A stretch of 63,492 bases of DNA, filler included, from Octopus bimaculoides (GCF_001194135.2; 8 parts of 7 records of this genome joined end to end with filler, not necessarily neighbours in it); one strand, 5' to 3'. Shown: positions 36,790-50,623, counted from the whole stretch's first letter. Numbers and translations: made by a program. Notes: a model not told the origin generated them from the sequence alone.

Positions 36790-38220
36790 GCGACACTGCC
36801 CAAATCATCTCTGGAACATTCTACCAACATGAATAAAATGGAATCCCAAAATCTGTTACAATTGTCTACATGAGGGAACATGACTGTCCCTTTGTCCACC
36901 TTCCAGATATCAGATGCATAATTAAGAGATATACTACCAACCAAAAAATGATACTGTTATTTGTCTGCACTCCAACAAATTTAACATGATTATGATATTA
37001 TTGTTGATGGAACTATTTCCTTCTCAAGTTGAAATGATCATGAATGTTATTTTCAGGATTCATTAAGGCACATCCTCAGGAATTTATTGTTTACATTAAG
37101 ATAAATTTACTGTTATGTATCTGCTCCCCAACAAATTTAACCAATGGGTGACTTTGACCTTCCCTTTATGGGTTGGTCTCTGCATATTGTGAAAACAGGA
37201 ATTTATGCCTCATTCTTGGACAAAGCAGCACTTTCCAAATTTATGAATGATTTGTTTTCCTGTTTCCTGATTCATGTTTGAGCCAACAAGACACAACAAA
37301 AGTGCTTTGGGTCTAGTGTTGAGTATATATGCTGGCACTGTTTGAAATATCTCTGTTGACAAAAACACCTGTCATACTATGATAAGGTACATTGTAGCCT
37401 TATTTTTCATCATCCAAAAATTAGATCAAAATCACTGGTTCTTGTACACCCATTTGGTGACATGGACCAACATAAAGTGAACATGAGTACAATTATACAT
37501 GACCTATCATTTGTTGACTGGTCTTTCACACCCTCCAATATAAAAATATCTTGGTAGCTATTTGAGGACACTTATTCACATATGTGCGAATCACATCCCA
37601 TCATGCCCTGCAAACAAACAGATGCAGGCTCTTTCGAGAAAAAAAAATCACTCATCAGAAAAATAAAGAGTTAACAGGAAAAAAATCAAAAGCTAGATTA
37701 CTTCCAGCAGCAGCAGCATCTCTCTCAAGGGCAATAACTTACACTGGAATCAGAAAACGAACATCACCAAAACTGTATGAGGTCTCACATTAATAACCAA
37801 AGTGCTGTTGAGGAAGACAGTGCCATTACAAAAATTAGACACAGTTCTAAAGTCTCCAATTCCTTTGCTAAAAAGCATAGGGCAACGTTTTCATTCATTG
37901 GTTCACTGATCAAGGAATACTACTTCATTCACAATGATGTCACAGATACAAAGAGATTCTACAGAAGCAATACTGCTTTGTCTTCAATGATCCTGATGTG
38001 GTTGAATTAGGCTTTATTAACGTAATAAATCCTCAAAGCATCCTCCCTGACATAACTTTCAGTATTGCAGACATCATTGCAGCAATTAATAAAATTAACT
38101 AAACTTCAGTTGTAGGCTCTGATAGATTCTCTGCTAGTGTCCTGAAGGAGTGTAAAGGATTTTGTCCAATGCTTTAGGTCTTTGATAATACATTGCTGAA
38201 TACTAATGACACCTTGCCTT
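36790..38220 (+). mobile_element. Decayed CR1/L2-like LINE
   Basis: PKICYNCLHEG..CPFVH (Cys/His-rich), MGDFDLPFMGW (APE GDFN motif, 37144), EEDSAITKI...FAKKHR, ILQKQYCFVFNDP and FSIADIIAAINKI. Confidence 0.75.
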
Positions 38221-38299
38221 TTGGTACACCAATGTTTTGACACATTTTAGTATGCTGTCATGGTAATTAAAGAAATGGTAGTAGATTAATATTTTCCAT

Positions 38300-38700
38300 T
38301 TAGAATTTATTGTTACATCTTGTGTGACACTTGTGGTAAAACTGTAATGCTGTATGGTAGTGAAATGCAAACCATGACTGCAGAAGACTTGCAAAAACTA
38401 GAAAAAAATGAAGTGAGCATGCCCCAATGGATGTGTAATGTGCATAATGGCTATCTGAGAGAAAAATTAGTATCGGAAGAATCAGATGTGTACAAGAGAG
38501 AAGGTTGTGCTGGTATGAGCATGTGATGCATATGCAAGATGGTTGCTGCACTTGTAAGTACCAAGCACTCCAAATTAGTGAAACCTGTAGAAAAGAGAGA
38601 CCAAGGAAGATTTAAGATGAAGTAATGATGGATAAGCTGAAAATGCTGCACCTCATGGAGAAGATGACAGGACCATACTGATTAGTGATATGCAATGCTA
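38300..38700 (+). mobile_element. Decayed RTE fragment
   Basis: VMLYGSEMQTMTAEDLQKLEKNEVSMPQWMCNV...LREKL. Confidence 0.8.
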
Positions 38701-38751
38701 CAGAAGACCAAACCACCCTTGGTAGAATGTACCGTGACACAAAATATTTTG

Positions 38752-38881
38752 TATGTCAGGAAGGATGTTTTGAAGATTTATTACACTAATAATGCCTAAT
38801 TCAACCACATCAGGATCATTGAAGACAAAGCAGTATTGCTTCTGTAGAATCTCCTCATATTTTGTATTCTGCCAAGTCTAT
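38752..38881 (-). repeat. Inverted copy of 37953-38054 (CR1-like segment)
   Basis: 102-bp inverted match: 60 bp identical plus 42 bp with 6 mismatches. Confidence 0.92.
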
Positions 38882-38995
38882 ATTTGTTGCTCCCTGACCT
38901 TGCATTCTTGACCCTGCCTCTCATCTACCTATTACTCCTGTTCCTCCTTTTACTTGTCTTCTCATCACTCTACTCTTCCCCACTCCTTGCACTTT

Positions 38996-39433
38996 ACTGT
39001 CCTCATTTAACGACCACTCGGAGTTATGACGAACTTTACGAACTTTACATATTTTACAAAATATAAAAACTTAAAAACTTTGTCATATTGTGCGCTGTGC
39101 GAGAACTGCCGTCGTGACAGCAGTGCATCCCGAGCACCCAACCTCACCCTCTGACATCGTAAGTATACAGTATCCATATCCTAACTTTTAAGGATTTCCT
39201 TGTGGTAATCTTACTGTTACTTATTCATTTTTCAACAATTTATGTTAGTGATTCTTGGCCCTGTACTGCATATACTTTATACAGTATGGTATTCTGTTTT
39301 TATATGTACGTACAGTACACTACACCTATATAAAAAAAAATAAAATGTACCCTATGAACATTTATTTAATGACGAATTTGCTTAACGACAGGGCTGTTGG
39401 AACGTAACTCGGTCATTAAATGAGGACAGTCTG
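38996..39433. mobile_element. Tigger/pogo-type MITE
   Basis: ACTGTCCTCATTTAACGACC / GGTCATTAAATGAGGACAGT(CTG-TA); the left end has lost a few bases. Confidence 0.75.
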
Positions 39434-42400
39434 TATAACAGACTATATTGTATCACCATCATCCACCTACCCAGCACACTCTAACTTTATTCTGCTGTTC
39501 TGCCAACCAGCACTCTCTTCTCTCTGGGTCATGTTTTTACCATCCATCATCTTTTCATGTTTTTATCTCATCACCCAATCTTACTTTTGCTCATCTCTGC
39601 AGTTGTCAATTACTCCTCTCCTCACTCTACTCCAAAAATCTTTGCTTTTTCCCATCCCCACCTCTCCAGTCCTTCTCATGTCATTACTCTATTTTCTTCC
39701 ATGGTCACCTGAGCAGATATACATAACCTAGGTTTTATTGAATACTCTCTCTCTCCCACAACTACCAATTTCTGGTCCTTTTGCTGCATTCATTCCCTCT
39801 TCTACTCTTCAAGCTCAGTCTATAAGCCTTAAGTTACCAAGTACTCTTCACATTTACATTTATTGTGTACAAGGTAGTGGTTTCATGATGGAACTCCCAT
39901 TCCCCAATGCTTCTTCTGAAAATGAATAGTGCTGGACATAGAAAAATATACACACCGTAAAGAGGTTAGCAAGTGAGTAGCAAAAGTGTTGGACTAGTGA
40001 GGTCTCTCTAGTCTCATTGACGACCACTCAAACTCTCCAGTGTTGGTGCCACAAGAAAATGCACCCAGTACACTATAAAGAGGTTGGCAATAAGAAGGGC
40101 ATTTAGCTGTAGAAACCAAGCAAAATGGCATGTGTAAGAACCAGCCTACAGAAACAGTGGTTCTCAGCATAAGAAATAACTAGGGCTGTGATGAAGTTCA
40201 ACTCATGTCAGCATGGAAAGCGGATGTAAAATGAATGTGATGATACTGAAATCATATAGTCCAAGAATGTTTGGTTATATTATTGTTTCCAAAGAATGTG
40301 TGTCATCAAAATTTAAAAACATACATTTTTGTAGATTTTCTGTAATAAAAACTTCCTTCAGGTCCCATGCTTTGGGAAAAGAGTTTCTAATGTTTAAAAC
40401 AAAATCATTCCTTTGGGTGTGAGAAAAGTTTTTTTTTCATTGTTTTTGTGGACTAAGGGATGAAGAACTTTTCTCACTCTCCAAAGTAAGACTTTATGTG
40501 AAACATCTCGCTCTTCAAAGCATATAAACTTAAGAATTTTACAACAAATGCAATTTTCACAGATACAGTTACCCAGGATCTCTTTAGATGCTACTTTTGA
40601 AATACTTTTATAAGTATTAGTAATTATTGGTGAACCCATGGTCATCACTTTCAATAATTAGGTATACTTTGTTTCAGTTGGAAATTTTGTTTTATACTGA
40701 TAATCAACATTTTCATTGTAGTATTTAAACTTTTTTTTTAATGTAGTCCTGACAACCAATACAATTTCATGGGTTAGAACTACTGAAAATAGGCTGTCAT
40801 ATAACAGAACATCATGGTCATGTTTTTGTTCAGAATTTGTTTGTTTTTATTTTCTTTAATGTGCGAGGTTCAGCTACAAGAATTAAAGATCTTTAATAAA
40901 ACATTGCATGACCTCACCGATACTGGTGCCATGAAAAAAGCACCCAGTGCACTCTGTGAAGTGGTTGGCATTAGGAAGGGCATCCAGCTATAGAAACCAT
41001 GCCACAGCAAACATTGGAGCTCAGCGAAGCCCTTTGGCTTCTCAGTTTATGTTGAACTGCTCAACCCATGCTAACAGGGAAAACAAGAAATTAAATTTAT
41101 GAAGATGATGATCGATACTTGTGATAATATACTGTGAATGTTGGAGTGGTTATAGACAAAATAGTGCTTGTTCTCTAATTGTTTAATGGCATCTTCCCTT
41201 GACGTTTGTAACTACCTAGTCCTCCAAATATCATTACTTCCTTAATGTATTCTTTCCTGCACATCACATTAAGATTGTTTAATTATGATGATACTGTTGT
41301 CACACACTTTGTAGTCTGATAAATGCTAGGTTTGATAATTGCACATACAAGACAGAGTTAGCAGTGAGATCTTGGTGTTCACCAGAGTTATCTTATTGCT
41401 CTCTTATTCATGAAAGTTTTTTAGGCAACTGTGCAGCAGTTTAAGGTTGGTTGTCTGCTCTTGCCTGTTTAATGCATTTGTTTTCTATTAATATTCCTAC
41501 GGTATCAGATTCAAAAATTCCACAAACATTTCCCTGCCAATCATTACTCGCCAGAACTGCTGCCTTCTGGAATTCTTTCACTACTTTATATAGAAATTTT
41601 AAAAGTTCATAGGAGCTGCTCCTTTTCTCATTAGTGAAATGTAAAACAAAAATAACCGAAATGCTACACTGTAACTAGTTTTATTATTATCTGTTGGTCA
41701 GAAATTCTATGACTGCTTTAAACCTGCAAGTGTATTTTCTGATGTCCTTAACAAAACAATCTGTTCTATGATTTTTTCATTAATTATTATTAGAATCTAG
41801 ACTAAGTAACAATCTTTTAAAACACACTTAAAAACTTGTACTTTCATATCTGTTAACATTTGCACAGCATAATCTTCTCAGAAATACCAGAAGTATTTTG
41901 ACTTATATTATTTAAAATGTCAGTTGACAAACTGAATGTTTTAGAATAAAGAGCACCCACTAAGAACTGCTTGTGAAATTACTATCTTCTCTCTTATAGA
42001 ATTTTATTGATGATTACCATTTTAAAGCTATCAAATGTCTGTTTTACTTGTTGTTCATAGCATTATAAAACCAGTCATTTGGCAACTGTAATGTTCCCTA
42101 GTGTAAAAATGACCAATCACTTGTTGGACGACTAGCTGAGGTTGATTTTTTATGGCTTATCATCACTGTACAATGCCTGGTACTAAAATACTTAGCTTTT
42201 TCTGGGCTAGTTGACCTAGATGCAAATAAGTACCACAGAGAAGACAAACTTCCATTGTAAGCAGCTGGAGTAGAGTTAAAGATCATCTGCTTAGTGCCAG
42301 GCTCAAGTTCTATGAGTTTGGAGAAAACAGCAGAAACTTATACAAGTAAATTCTACTTATGAGTGTTTTACACTAACTTATTAAGTACCCAATTCATAAT

Positions 42401-43229
42401 GTTAAGTGAGAATAGATGCATTAACTATCTGAAGATGGTTATATAACTGCTAATATCAGTGGATTTATCCCTATGACACATACATGCTCATACATACACA
42501 CAACAGAAAAATGTAAAACAATTTCCATAAACTGTTATCTATTATTTATTCTCAGTAATTTATTTACCAAGTCAGTTTCCTCTCCAGTTTCTTTATCTGT
42601 CAAACTAATGTAGCCATATTATGGTAATTTAACAAAATGTACTTTTTTCATAGTGAAACTGTTCCATTATTTTAAAATAGAAAATGTGATTTCCTATTTC
42701 TGTCTGTTTGTCTGTCTCTCTGTTACATATCTACTTATATATGTAAAGATTTGATTTCTACAAAAATGTTGATTCACATCTCCCTGTTTGTGTGTATATA
42801 TTATCAGTTAGTTGTCCAGAAGTCAGGGGGGAAAAAGCACACTCACTATAAATGATGGTACATGCATATTTTTATATCATTAAATAATATAACTAGTCAG
42901 AATGTTACTGTTGGTTTCATACCAAATATTGCCACTGGACATTTGTTAATATAAATCTTAAAACATGTTGATCAGTATTTAGCATCCTTTATGCTGGAGG
43001 TGTACAGGGTATAGATTGGTTGAATGGTGACAAAAAGTGGAGCAAAACACAGTGAAAAATATTATTTCTAAGGAGAAGAGTTGGTGTTAACCATGGTGAA
43101 GTATGTAAGCTATGTAAATATATATAATATTCCCCTGTTCAAAAACAGACATGACCATGTTACAAAATGAATTTGTAGTCATGAGAGCAGCATCTGAAAA
43201 TTTCTTGTCTTAAGTTCATGAAATCGCCT

Positions 43230-43790
43230 GGATCATGTGAATTTTTTAGAATGATTCTTCTCTCCATCAAACAGAATCTGCATCTTCTCTATGAAGTCAG
43301 CTATCTCTAGAAGTGTGAATAGTCACAATTTGGACAGGGCTCACAAAAGACCTGATATATAACCAAGTTCCATAGGGATCAAGATAACTATAGAAACTAA
43401 CCTACCTGTAGTTAATTTCCAAGATGTAATACTTTATCTAAATACAGGTCATACAGACCTTACTGTAAAGTGAACAAGAGGCACCCATACATCATCACAG
43501 CTTCCTATCACTCACCTATAGTGTTTAAAATCCTTGTAGAGCATGTCAATAGAAGGATCTTGAATCTATCCTCCAGTAAAGATGTTTTCAACACTGCAGC
43601 TCACTATTATAATGAGCTTTTTAGCACCTGGTGAATTTAAAGATCAGCTAGGGCTGTCTTAGATTGATAGATAAACATTTCATGCAAGGCCATAGATATA
43701 AGAACATATTCAAAAGATATACCTTAAGCTGTGCACCTAGTGCCAAAAAATATATTGGTAGCTCTAAACCATGAGCTGAGGCATGATGTT
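43230..43790 (+). mobile_element. Decayed Penelope-like element, RT C-terminal half and linker
   Basis: GIKITIETNLPVVNFQDV, SYRPYCKVN...ASYHSPIVFK...VNRRILNLSSSKDVFN and LRLIDKHF...HRYKNIFKR. Confidence 0.85.
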
Positions 43791-43944
43791 CATGCAAGGT
43801 TTACAGTGAGAGTCCAGTGAATGGTCAATATAACACAGAAGCTGTAAAAGCTGTAAGACATGACATGAAAAACTGCAATGGAGACTATGAGGCCATGACT
43901 AGCATGAAGGGACACTGTAGGCATTCTGACTGTGTCTGCATGCC

Positions 43945-44135
43945 AGATTTCATCCCATCTTTGAATGGGGCCTTACGTATAGTTGAAGAAGACACTAACT
44001 GCTCTGCCTGCAACAAGGCCAAGATCAAGGAGGTGTGTGAAGCTCTTCCTAGGGACACAGTGAAGAATGCATATGTTAAGTTCTAGAGCTGTCTTGATGT
44101 CATAATAGAAGCTGAGGGTGACTACAATGAGTAAA
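43945..44135 (+). mobile_element. Tc1/mariner transposase C-terminal remnant
   Basis: IVEEDTNCSACN..KAKIKEVCEALPRDTVKNA...CLDVIIEAEGDYNE*. Confidence 0.75.
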
Positions 44136-44185
44136 CAGTCATGATGCAATTGATATTTTTTGATTTTTTTAAAATACACACGTGT

Positions 44186-44417
44186 TATTTCTTTACTACC
44201 CACAAGGGGCTACACACAGAGAGGACAAACAAGGACAGACAAATGGATTAAGTCGATTACATCGACCCCCAGTGCGTAACTGGTACTTATTTAATCGACC
44301 CCAAAAGGATGAAAGGCAAAGTCGACCTCAGCGGAATTTGAACTCAGAACGTAGCGGCAGACGAAATACCGCTAAGCATTTCGCCTGGCGTGCTAACGTT
44401 TCTGCCAGCTCGCCGCC
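44186..44417 (-). mobile_element. Young full-length SINE (family A, long-tail subtype) with 15-bp TSD
   Basis: TSD AAAATACACACGTGT at 44171-44185 and 44418-44432; head GGCGGCGAGCTGGCAGAAACGTTAGC; B box GAGTTCAAATTCC. Confidence 0.95.
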
Positions 44418-44499
44418 AAAATACACACGTGTGTATATTTATATATGTATCAAATTAAATACACAATCAAAACAGCCACTAATTGTTTTATGCCATTAT

Positions 44500-45165
44500 G
44501 ATACTTGAACAGGCATATTTATAAAATACACCATGTATCTTAAAGCAATCTTTCAGGCTGTTTATGTGTTGTATATAAGTTTTAAAAACAAGGATGCTGG
44601 TCAGTTAGAAATCAAGAAAAAATGTGAAGGTTGGTGCAAAAAATGGAATGAAAAAAGAAATGAAATCAAGAATTACGATCCTTATCATCACTGATTGCAG
44701 GAAGCTCATTAAATACAACTGGTTTAGAACACAATAACAGAAAACATGTCTAAGTCTGTGAGACTCAATCTTGAGCAAGTAGTGCCCTCCAATTCGATGA
44801 AAGAAACCAGTCCATGTGTCTACACCTGCTAAAAATATCAGACCTCGAATTAAGCAATGTGCTGGAATTGCTGGATCGAAGAAGAATATGAGATCTTTCT
44901 GCTACACATAAGCTGCATTTTTTAGATCTATTAACACATGACTTGGATTTTTCTACTTAATTATATCTGGTGTGGAGCTGCTCTTCAGATTCCATATGTG
45001 GCTAGCCAACTTAGTTGCATTACTTTTATTGATGTGCTGGAAAATAAGGTGGTTTGCATAACGTCTTGAATTCACCCTCATATAAACTAATGTTATTCTT
45101 CTTTTCAACTTTTCAATTGATTTGTCTTGGAGCGTAGCTGTAACTTCAGCCTCATATATGATGGA
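44500..45165 (-). mobile_element. Decayed Penelope-like element, GIY-YIG endonuclease half and 3' end
   Basis: Minus strand SIIYEAEV, EGEFKT, YANH...NATKLASHIWNLK and SKKCSLCVAERSHIL; relic hammerhead at 44742-44775. Confidence 0.85.
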
Positions 45166-46202
45166 GTTTATATATATATATATATATATATATCTTAATA
45201 TATAAAGCTGAAGTTGTGTGTCTGTGTGAAGCCTTTTTAAAAGTGTATAGAAATCCTCATTTTCTACTTTTTCGTAAAAATTTTTACATCAATGAAATTT
45301 TCTCGATGTGAACTTTCGAGTGCCGCAATTAGATTTTTTAAAATTCCGTTTACTTTGTGTGATTTAAGGGAGATTTGGCTGTTNNNNNNNNNNTACACAC
45401 ATCAACATTATAGATATAAGATTTAGTTTGTGTTTCTTATATAAACACGTGTACGCATTGCTATTTTATAACTGTCTTCTGTTCTCTCTCTTCATTGCTA
45501 CCATCTCTATTCCTTTCTCCCCCTCTCCCTCTTCTCTCTCAAAACATTCACTACAATATAACTCATGTTCGTCAATGTTTGGCAAATATACCACGATTTT
45601 CACTAGGGTGTTAGTGTTAGGGTTTATGTATCACTTTCTCTCTCTCCCTCTTTTACTCTTACTCTCTATATTATATGTTGAGCACGTAATTACTGCACTG
45701 GAAAGTTCACATCGAAAAAATTCCATTGATGTAAAAATTTTAAAATTCCGTTTACTTTGTGTGATTTAAGGGAGATTTCGCTGTTGTTTCTAGCAACTTT
45801 TATATTTCTTCCCTTCTACCTGTACACAATCATTGACTACAATATAACTCATGTTCGTCAATGTTTGGTAAATATATNNNNNNNNNNNNNNNNNNNNNNN
45901 NNNNNNNNNNNNNNNNNNNNNTTAATTAATTAANNNNNNNNNNNNNNNNNNNNNNNNNNNNNNNNNNNNNNNNNNNNAAATAATGCCAAAATAAGTCATA
46001 TTTCAAAATCTGAACATAAAGCAGACCTCTGTTTAAAAAGAAAAAAAAAAGAACATTGCTCCTCTCACCCCCATTCACTTTCTTTTTAATCTCTCCCATC
46101 TTTCTTCTCTCCACTTCAATTGTCTCTCTTCTCTCTCACTTTCTTTCACTCTCACATTTCCCCCTCTTTCGCTTTCCCTCTCTTTCTCCATCTCCCCCCT
46201 CC

Positions 46203-46233
<31 letters not shown>

Positions 46234-46990
46234 ACTAGAAGAATGAACTTTTGCTATGAGACATATAACAATATCACTCATTAATGTTTGAGAATTATGC
46301 CAAACATGCTGGGACTGATAGTGATGATAATGATTGATGATAACGATGATGATGGTGATGATGATGATGTTGATGATGCTGATGATGGTGATAATGATAA
46401 TAATGATAACAATGATGATATTAATGATAATAATAATAATAATGGTGGCTATAGTAATAATTATATTTTTTCACAAAATGCAAAAACAAAAGTGAAAAAA
46501 TCTGTAATGAGAAATGTAATAAGCTTGGAATTAATTAATCACCAACATACTGACTACACACGCCCCCACACCTCCCTCCCAAAATCTTTCAAAACATATA
46601 GGCTTATGTGAGTATATATANNNNNNNNNNNNNNNNNNNNNNNNNNNNNNNNNNNNNNNNNNNNNNNNNNNNNNNNNNNNNNNNNNNNNNNNNNNNNNNN
46701 NNNNNNNNNNNNNNNNNNNNNNNNNNNNNTGTGTGTGTGTGTGTGTGTATGTCTGTATATATTTATATATATATGTGCATATATATATATATATATATAT
46801 ACACATACACACACACACACACATATATATAGAGATGTTGATACACACACACACACACACACGCACACACATATTTACATAATAATACGAAACAAATATA
46901 TACATGCATACACACACACTAACACAAACAATTATATATATTAATACTTAACAAACTACTGAATGGAACTAGAAAGAACAACTTTTATTA

Positions 46991-47042
<52 letters not shown>

Positions 47043-47045
<3 letters not shown>

Positions 47046-47258
47046 GGCGGTGAGCTGGCAGAATCATTAGCACACCGGGCAAAATGCTGAGCAGCATTTC
47101 GCCCATCTTTACATTCTGAGTTCAAATTCCACTGCTGAGGTCAATTTTGCCATTCAACCTTTCAGGGCTGATAAAACAAGTACCAGTTTAACACTGGGAT
47201 CGATGTAATCAACTTACCTCTCACCTGGAATTGCTGGCCTTGTGCCAAAATTTGAAAT
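47043..47258 (+). mobile_element. Full-length SINE family A embedded in (ATT)n
   Basis: taaggcggtgagctggcag...ttctgagttcaaattcc...ggccttgtgccaaaatttgaaatc, with (TAT)n on both sides. Confidence 0.9.
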
Positions 47259-47273
47259 CATTACTATTATTAC

Positions 47274-47330
<57 letters not shown>

Positions 47331-47984
47331 GAATAGTATATATGGGAGTATTATTTCCATATGGTGTGCCAAAAAAAAAAGGAAAAAAAAAAACATAAAT
47401 GTTTTAAAAAATTGTTTAGTCAGTAAGTAACTAGATTTATGCCCAGCCCCCAGCCCCCAGCCCCTCATCAAATTCTGTGTGCAAAGGGTTGTGTTATGAT
47501 GCACTAAGCTACTGGTTTGCTTCCATCAGCTTCATATTATGTCATATTTTTTTTTCTTCATCATTATAATTTTTAATGCAGAGTACTATACATACATACA
47601 AACTTACATGCATAAATATGTCCATACATACTTACATATGTGCATACATACATACCTCCATGCATACATACATACATGCATGCATTCATACATGCATGCA
47701 TTCATACATGCATATATGCATATATTAATACCTATAGGTTAAATATTTCTAGTATGCAAATTAGCAGTTTTACTGTTTTCTGAAGCTACTGGATTTGTTT
47801 TGTATATAAACAGTTTGGCTACTTATTTCTCTGAGATTGATCAACTGATGGAGACACTTCTAATGATACCCCAATAACATTCAAAAACCAAATAAAGCTG
47901 CTTGTCTTTTTTTTTTTTCAATCTATGGAGAAATAATTAATTTTGCCATGTTTGTATATTTTCTACATAGGTATATACATATAC

Positions 47985-48031
<47 letters not shown>

Positions 48032-49354
48032 NNNNNNNNNNNNNNNNNNNNNNNNNNNNNNNNNNNNNNNNNNNNNNNNNNNNNNNNNNNNNNNNNNNNN
48101 NNNNNNNNNNNNNNNNNNNNNNNNNNNNNNNNNNNNNNNNNNNNNNNNNNNNNNNNNNNNNNNNNNNNNNNNNNNNNNNNNNNNNNNNNNNNNNNNNNNN
48201 NNNNNNNNNNNNNNNNNNNNNNNNNNNNNNNNNNNNNNNNNNNNNNNNNNNNNNNNNNNNNNNNNNNNNNNNNNNNNNNNNNNNNNNNNNNNNNNNNNNN
48301 NNNNNNNNNNNNNNNNNNNNNNNNNNNNNNNNNNNNNNNNNNNNNNNNNNNNNNNNNNNNNNNNNNNNNNNNNNNNNNNNNNNNNNNNNNNNNNNNNNNN
48401 NNNNNNNNNNNNNNNNNNNNNNNNNNNNNNNNNNNNNNNNNNNNNNNNNNNNNNNNNNNNNNNNNNNNNNNNNNNNNNNNNNNNNNNNNNNNNNNNNNNN
48501 NNNNNNNNNNNNNNNNNNNNNNNNNNNNNNNNNNNNNNNNNNNNNNNNNNNNNNNNNNNNNNNNNNNNNNNNNNNNNNNNNNNNNNNNNNNNNNNNNNNN
48601 NNNNNNNNGTATATGCATGTATGTATACATATATGTATGAATATGTATATGCATGTATATCTGTGTGTATATATTTGTGTGTGTGTATGTATATATATAT
48701 ATATATATATATAAGTATATATGTATATATGTATATATATATATATTTATGTGCATATATATATATATATATATATATACATATGCCTATTTATATGTAT
48801 ACATGTATGTATATATATGCATATATATATATAAATACACACATATATATGTACTTATATATATTTATTTATATATATATTTATGTATACATATATATGT
48901 GTGTATGTGTGTGTATATATATGCATGTATGTATGTGTGTGTGTGTGCATATGATGCACACATTTGGGCAGGTCAAAATGCATAAGTGCTGCAGAATTGG
49001 ATTCACTTTACTAAGTATAATTAATATACACATGTGTGTATTTGCGTGTGAGTGCATGTGTGTATTTGTGTGAATTATGAGCATGTATGCGTGTTAGAGT
49101 GCAAGTGTACTTAGAATATTGCTTAACTTTGATGTAATTATCCCATATATGGAAGTCATGGAAATGAAAGAAAGGATACAAAAAAATATAATTCATTAGT
49201 GTTTAATTAGTGTTAATTATTGATAGTTTATGCAGTGTCTATCAAAGGATGAACATGGTAATACACATACATACATTTGTATGCTTGCAATCTCACATAT
49301 ACATACATACATACATACATACAGACCAACATATGTATGCATACATATTCTCAT

Positions 49355-49403
<49 letters not shown>

Positions 49404-50219
49404 CAAGCCTGTATGCATCTACTTGCATATATACATACATATTGATATGCACCTACGTATACATACATATATACTCATAAATACACATACACATATGCAT
49501 TGCTTAAATACACATGCACACACACACACACCAGCACATTCTTATGTACACCTGCACACATACACATTCACATATACATACACACACATACATTCGCATA
49601 TGCACATTAATACACACAAAATATATAGACGAAGATATTTTTGACTGGGAATTAGAAATGAATGCAAATTGCTGTGCATGCATTTCATGTGAGTGTGTGC
49701 ATGCATGTACATGTGTTGTTTATGTATGTGTGTGTGTGTGCATGTCTGTTTGCATATGTGTATATATGTGTGTGTGTGTAAGTGTGCACATGAGACTTTC
49801 ATTTTCTTTTTCTTTTGAAGGGGGTCGGGGTCACCCAAGTATTTTGTGCCTATTCCAAAGAAACACTTAACAGATTTTCCTCATTCCTGCCACTCCGTTT
49901 TATTTTTCTTCTATCTTCAATGAGGATGTGAAACTGTGATATGTTCTTGATATTGGCACTTGCAGAAGGAAAAAAAAAGCATACACACAAGAAATTAAAT
50001 AAATACAAACAATACATAATAATAATAATAAAAGAAACAATCAGTTAATGTTGGTTGTTAATTCATGGATCTGGACCTGGGGTTTTCTTCGTTTTTTTTT
50101 TTTTTTTTTTTTTTTTNNNNNNNNNNNNNNNNNNNNNNNNNNNNNNNNNNNNNNNNNNNNTTAATTAATTAANNNNNNNNNNNNNNNNNNNNNNNNNNNN
50201 NNNNNNNNNNNNNNNNTAT

Positions 50220-50293
50220 ACATCATTTAACGTCCGTATATATATCATCATCATCATCATCATCATCGTTTAACGTCCGCTTTCCATGCTAGC

Positions 50294-50295
<2 letters not shown>
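50220..50295 (-). mobile_element. Very short RTE tail copies
   Basis: catcatcatcgtttaacgtccgctttccatgctagcat, preceded by a partial duplicate. Confidence 0.7.
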
Positions 50296-50330
<35 letters not shown>

Positions 50331-50623
50331 TACAATTACATTAGAGCTACTCATACTTTCAAGATACATTAAATTGGCAGATTTATGTGACATGCCATAT
50401 ATATCCAAGCAATTTTTCAAGCACAGTTTATAAGGTTTGATGTATTAAAAAAAACAGGACACTGGACTATGAGAAAAAATGTGAAATAAATGAGAAAAAG
50501 AAATGTGAAGAAAGTTAATGCAAAAAGAGGAATGCGGAGAAACAAAAGGAAAGTAAGAAAACCAAGATATTCTCTTTCTTTGACTGTAGAGACAATAATT
50601 AATGTAGCTGGTGTGGAATAATA

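Noticed and set aside
41441-41674. 77-codon stop-free minus-strand frame (…YELLKFLYKVVKEFQKAAV…)
   Set aside because: No recognisable family and weak splice signals; open frames of this length are expected by chance in a window this size. The 40394 and 42098 ORFs were rejected for the same reason.
46288-46611. Asp/Asn-rich ORF
   Set aside because: (GAT)n and (AAT)n microsatellite.
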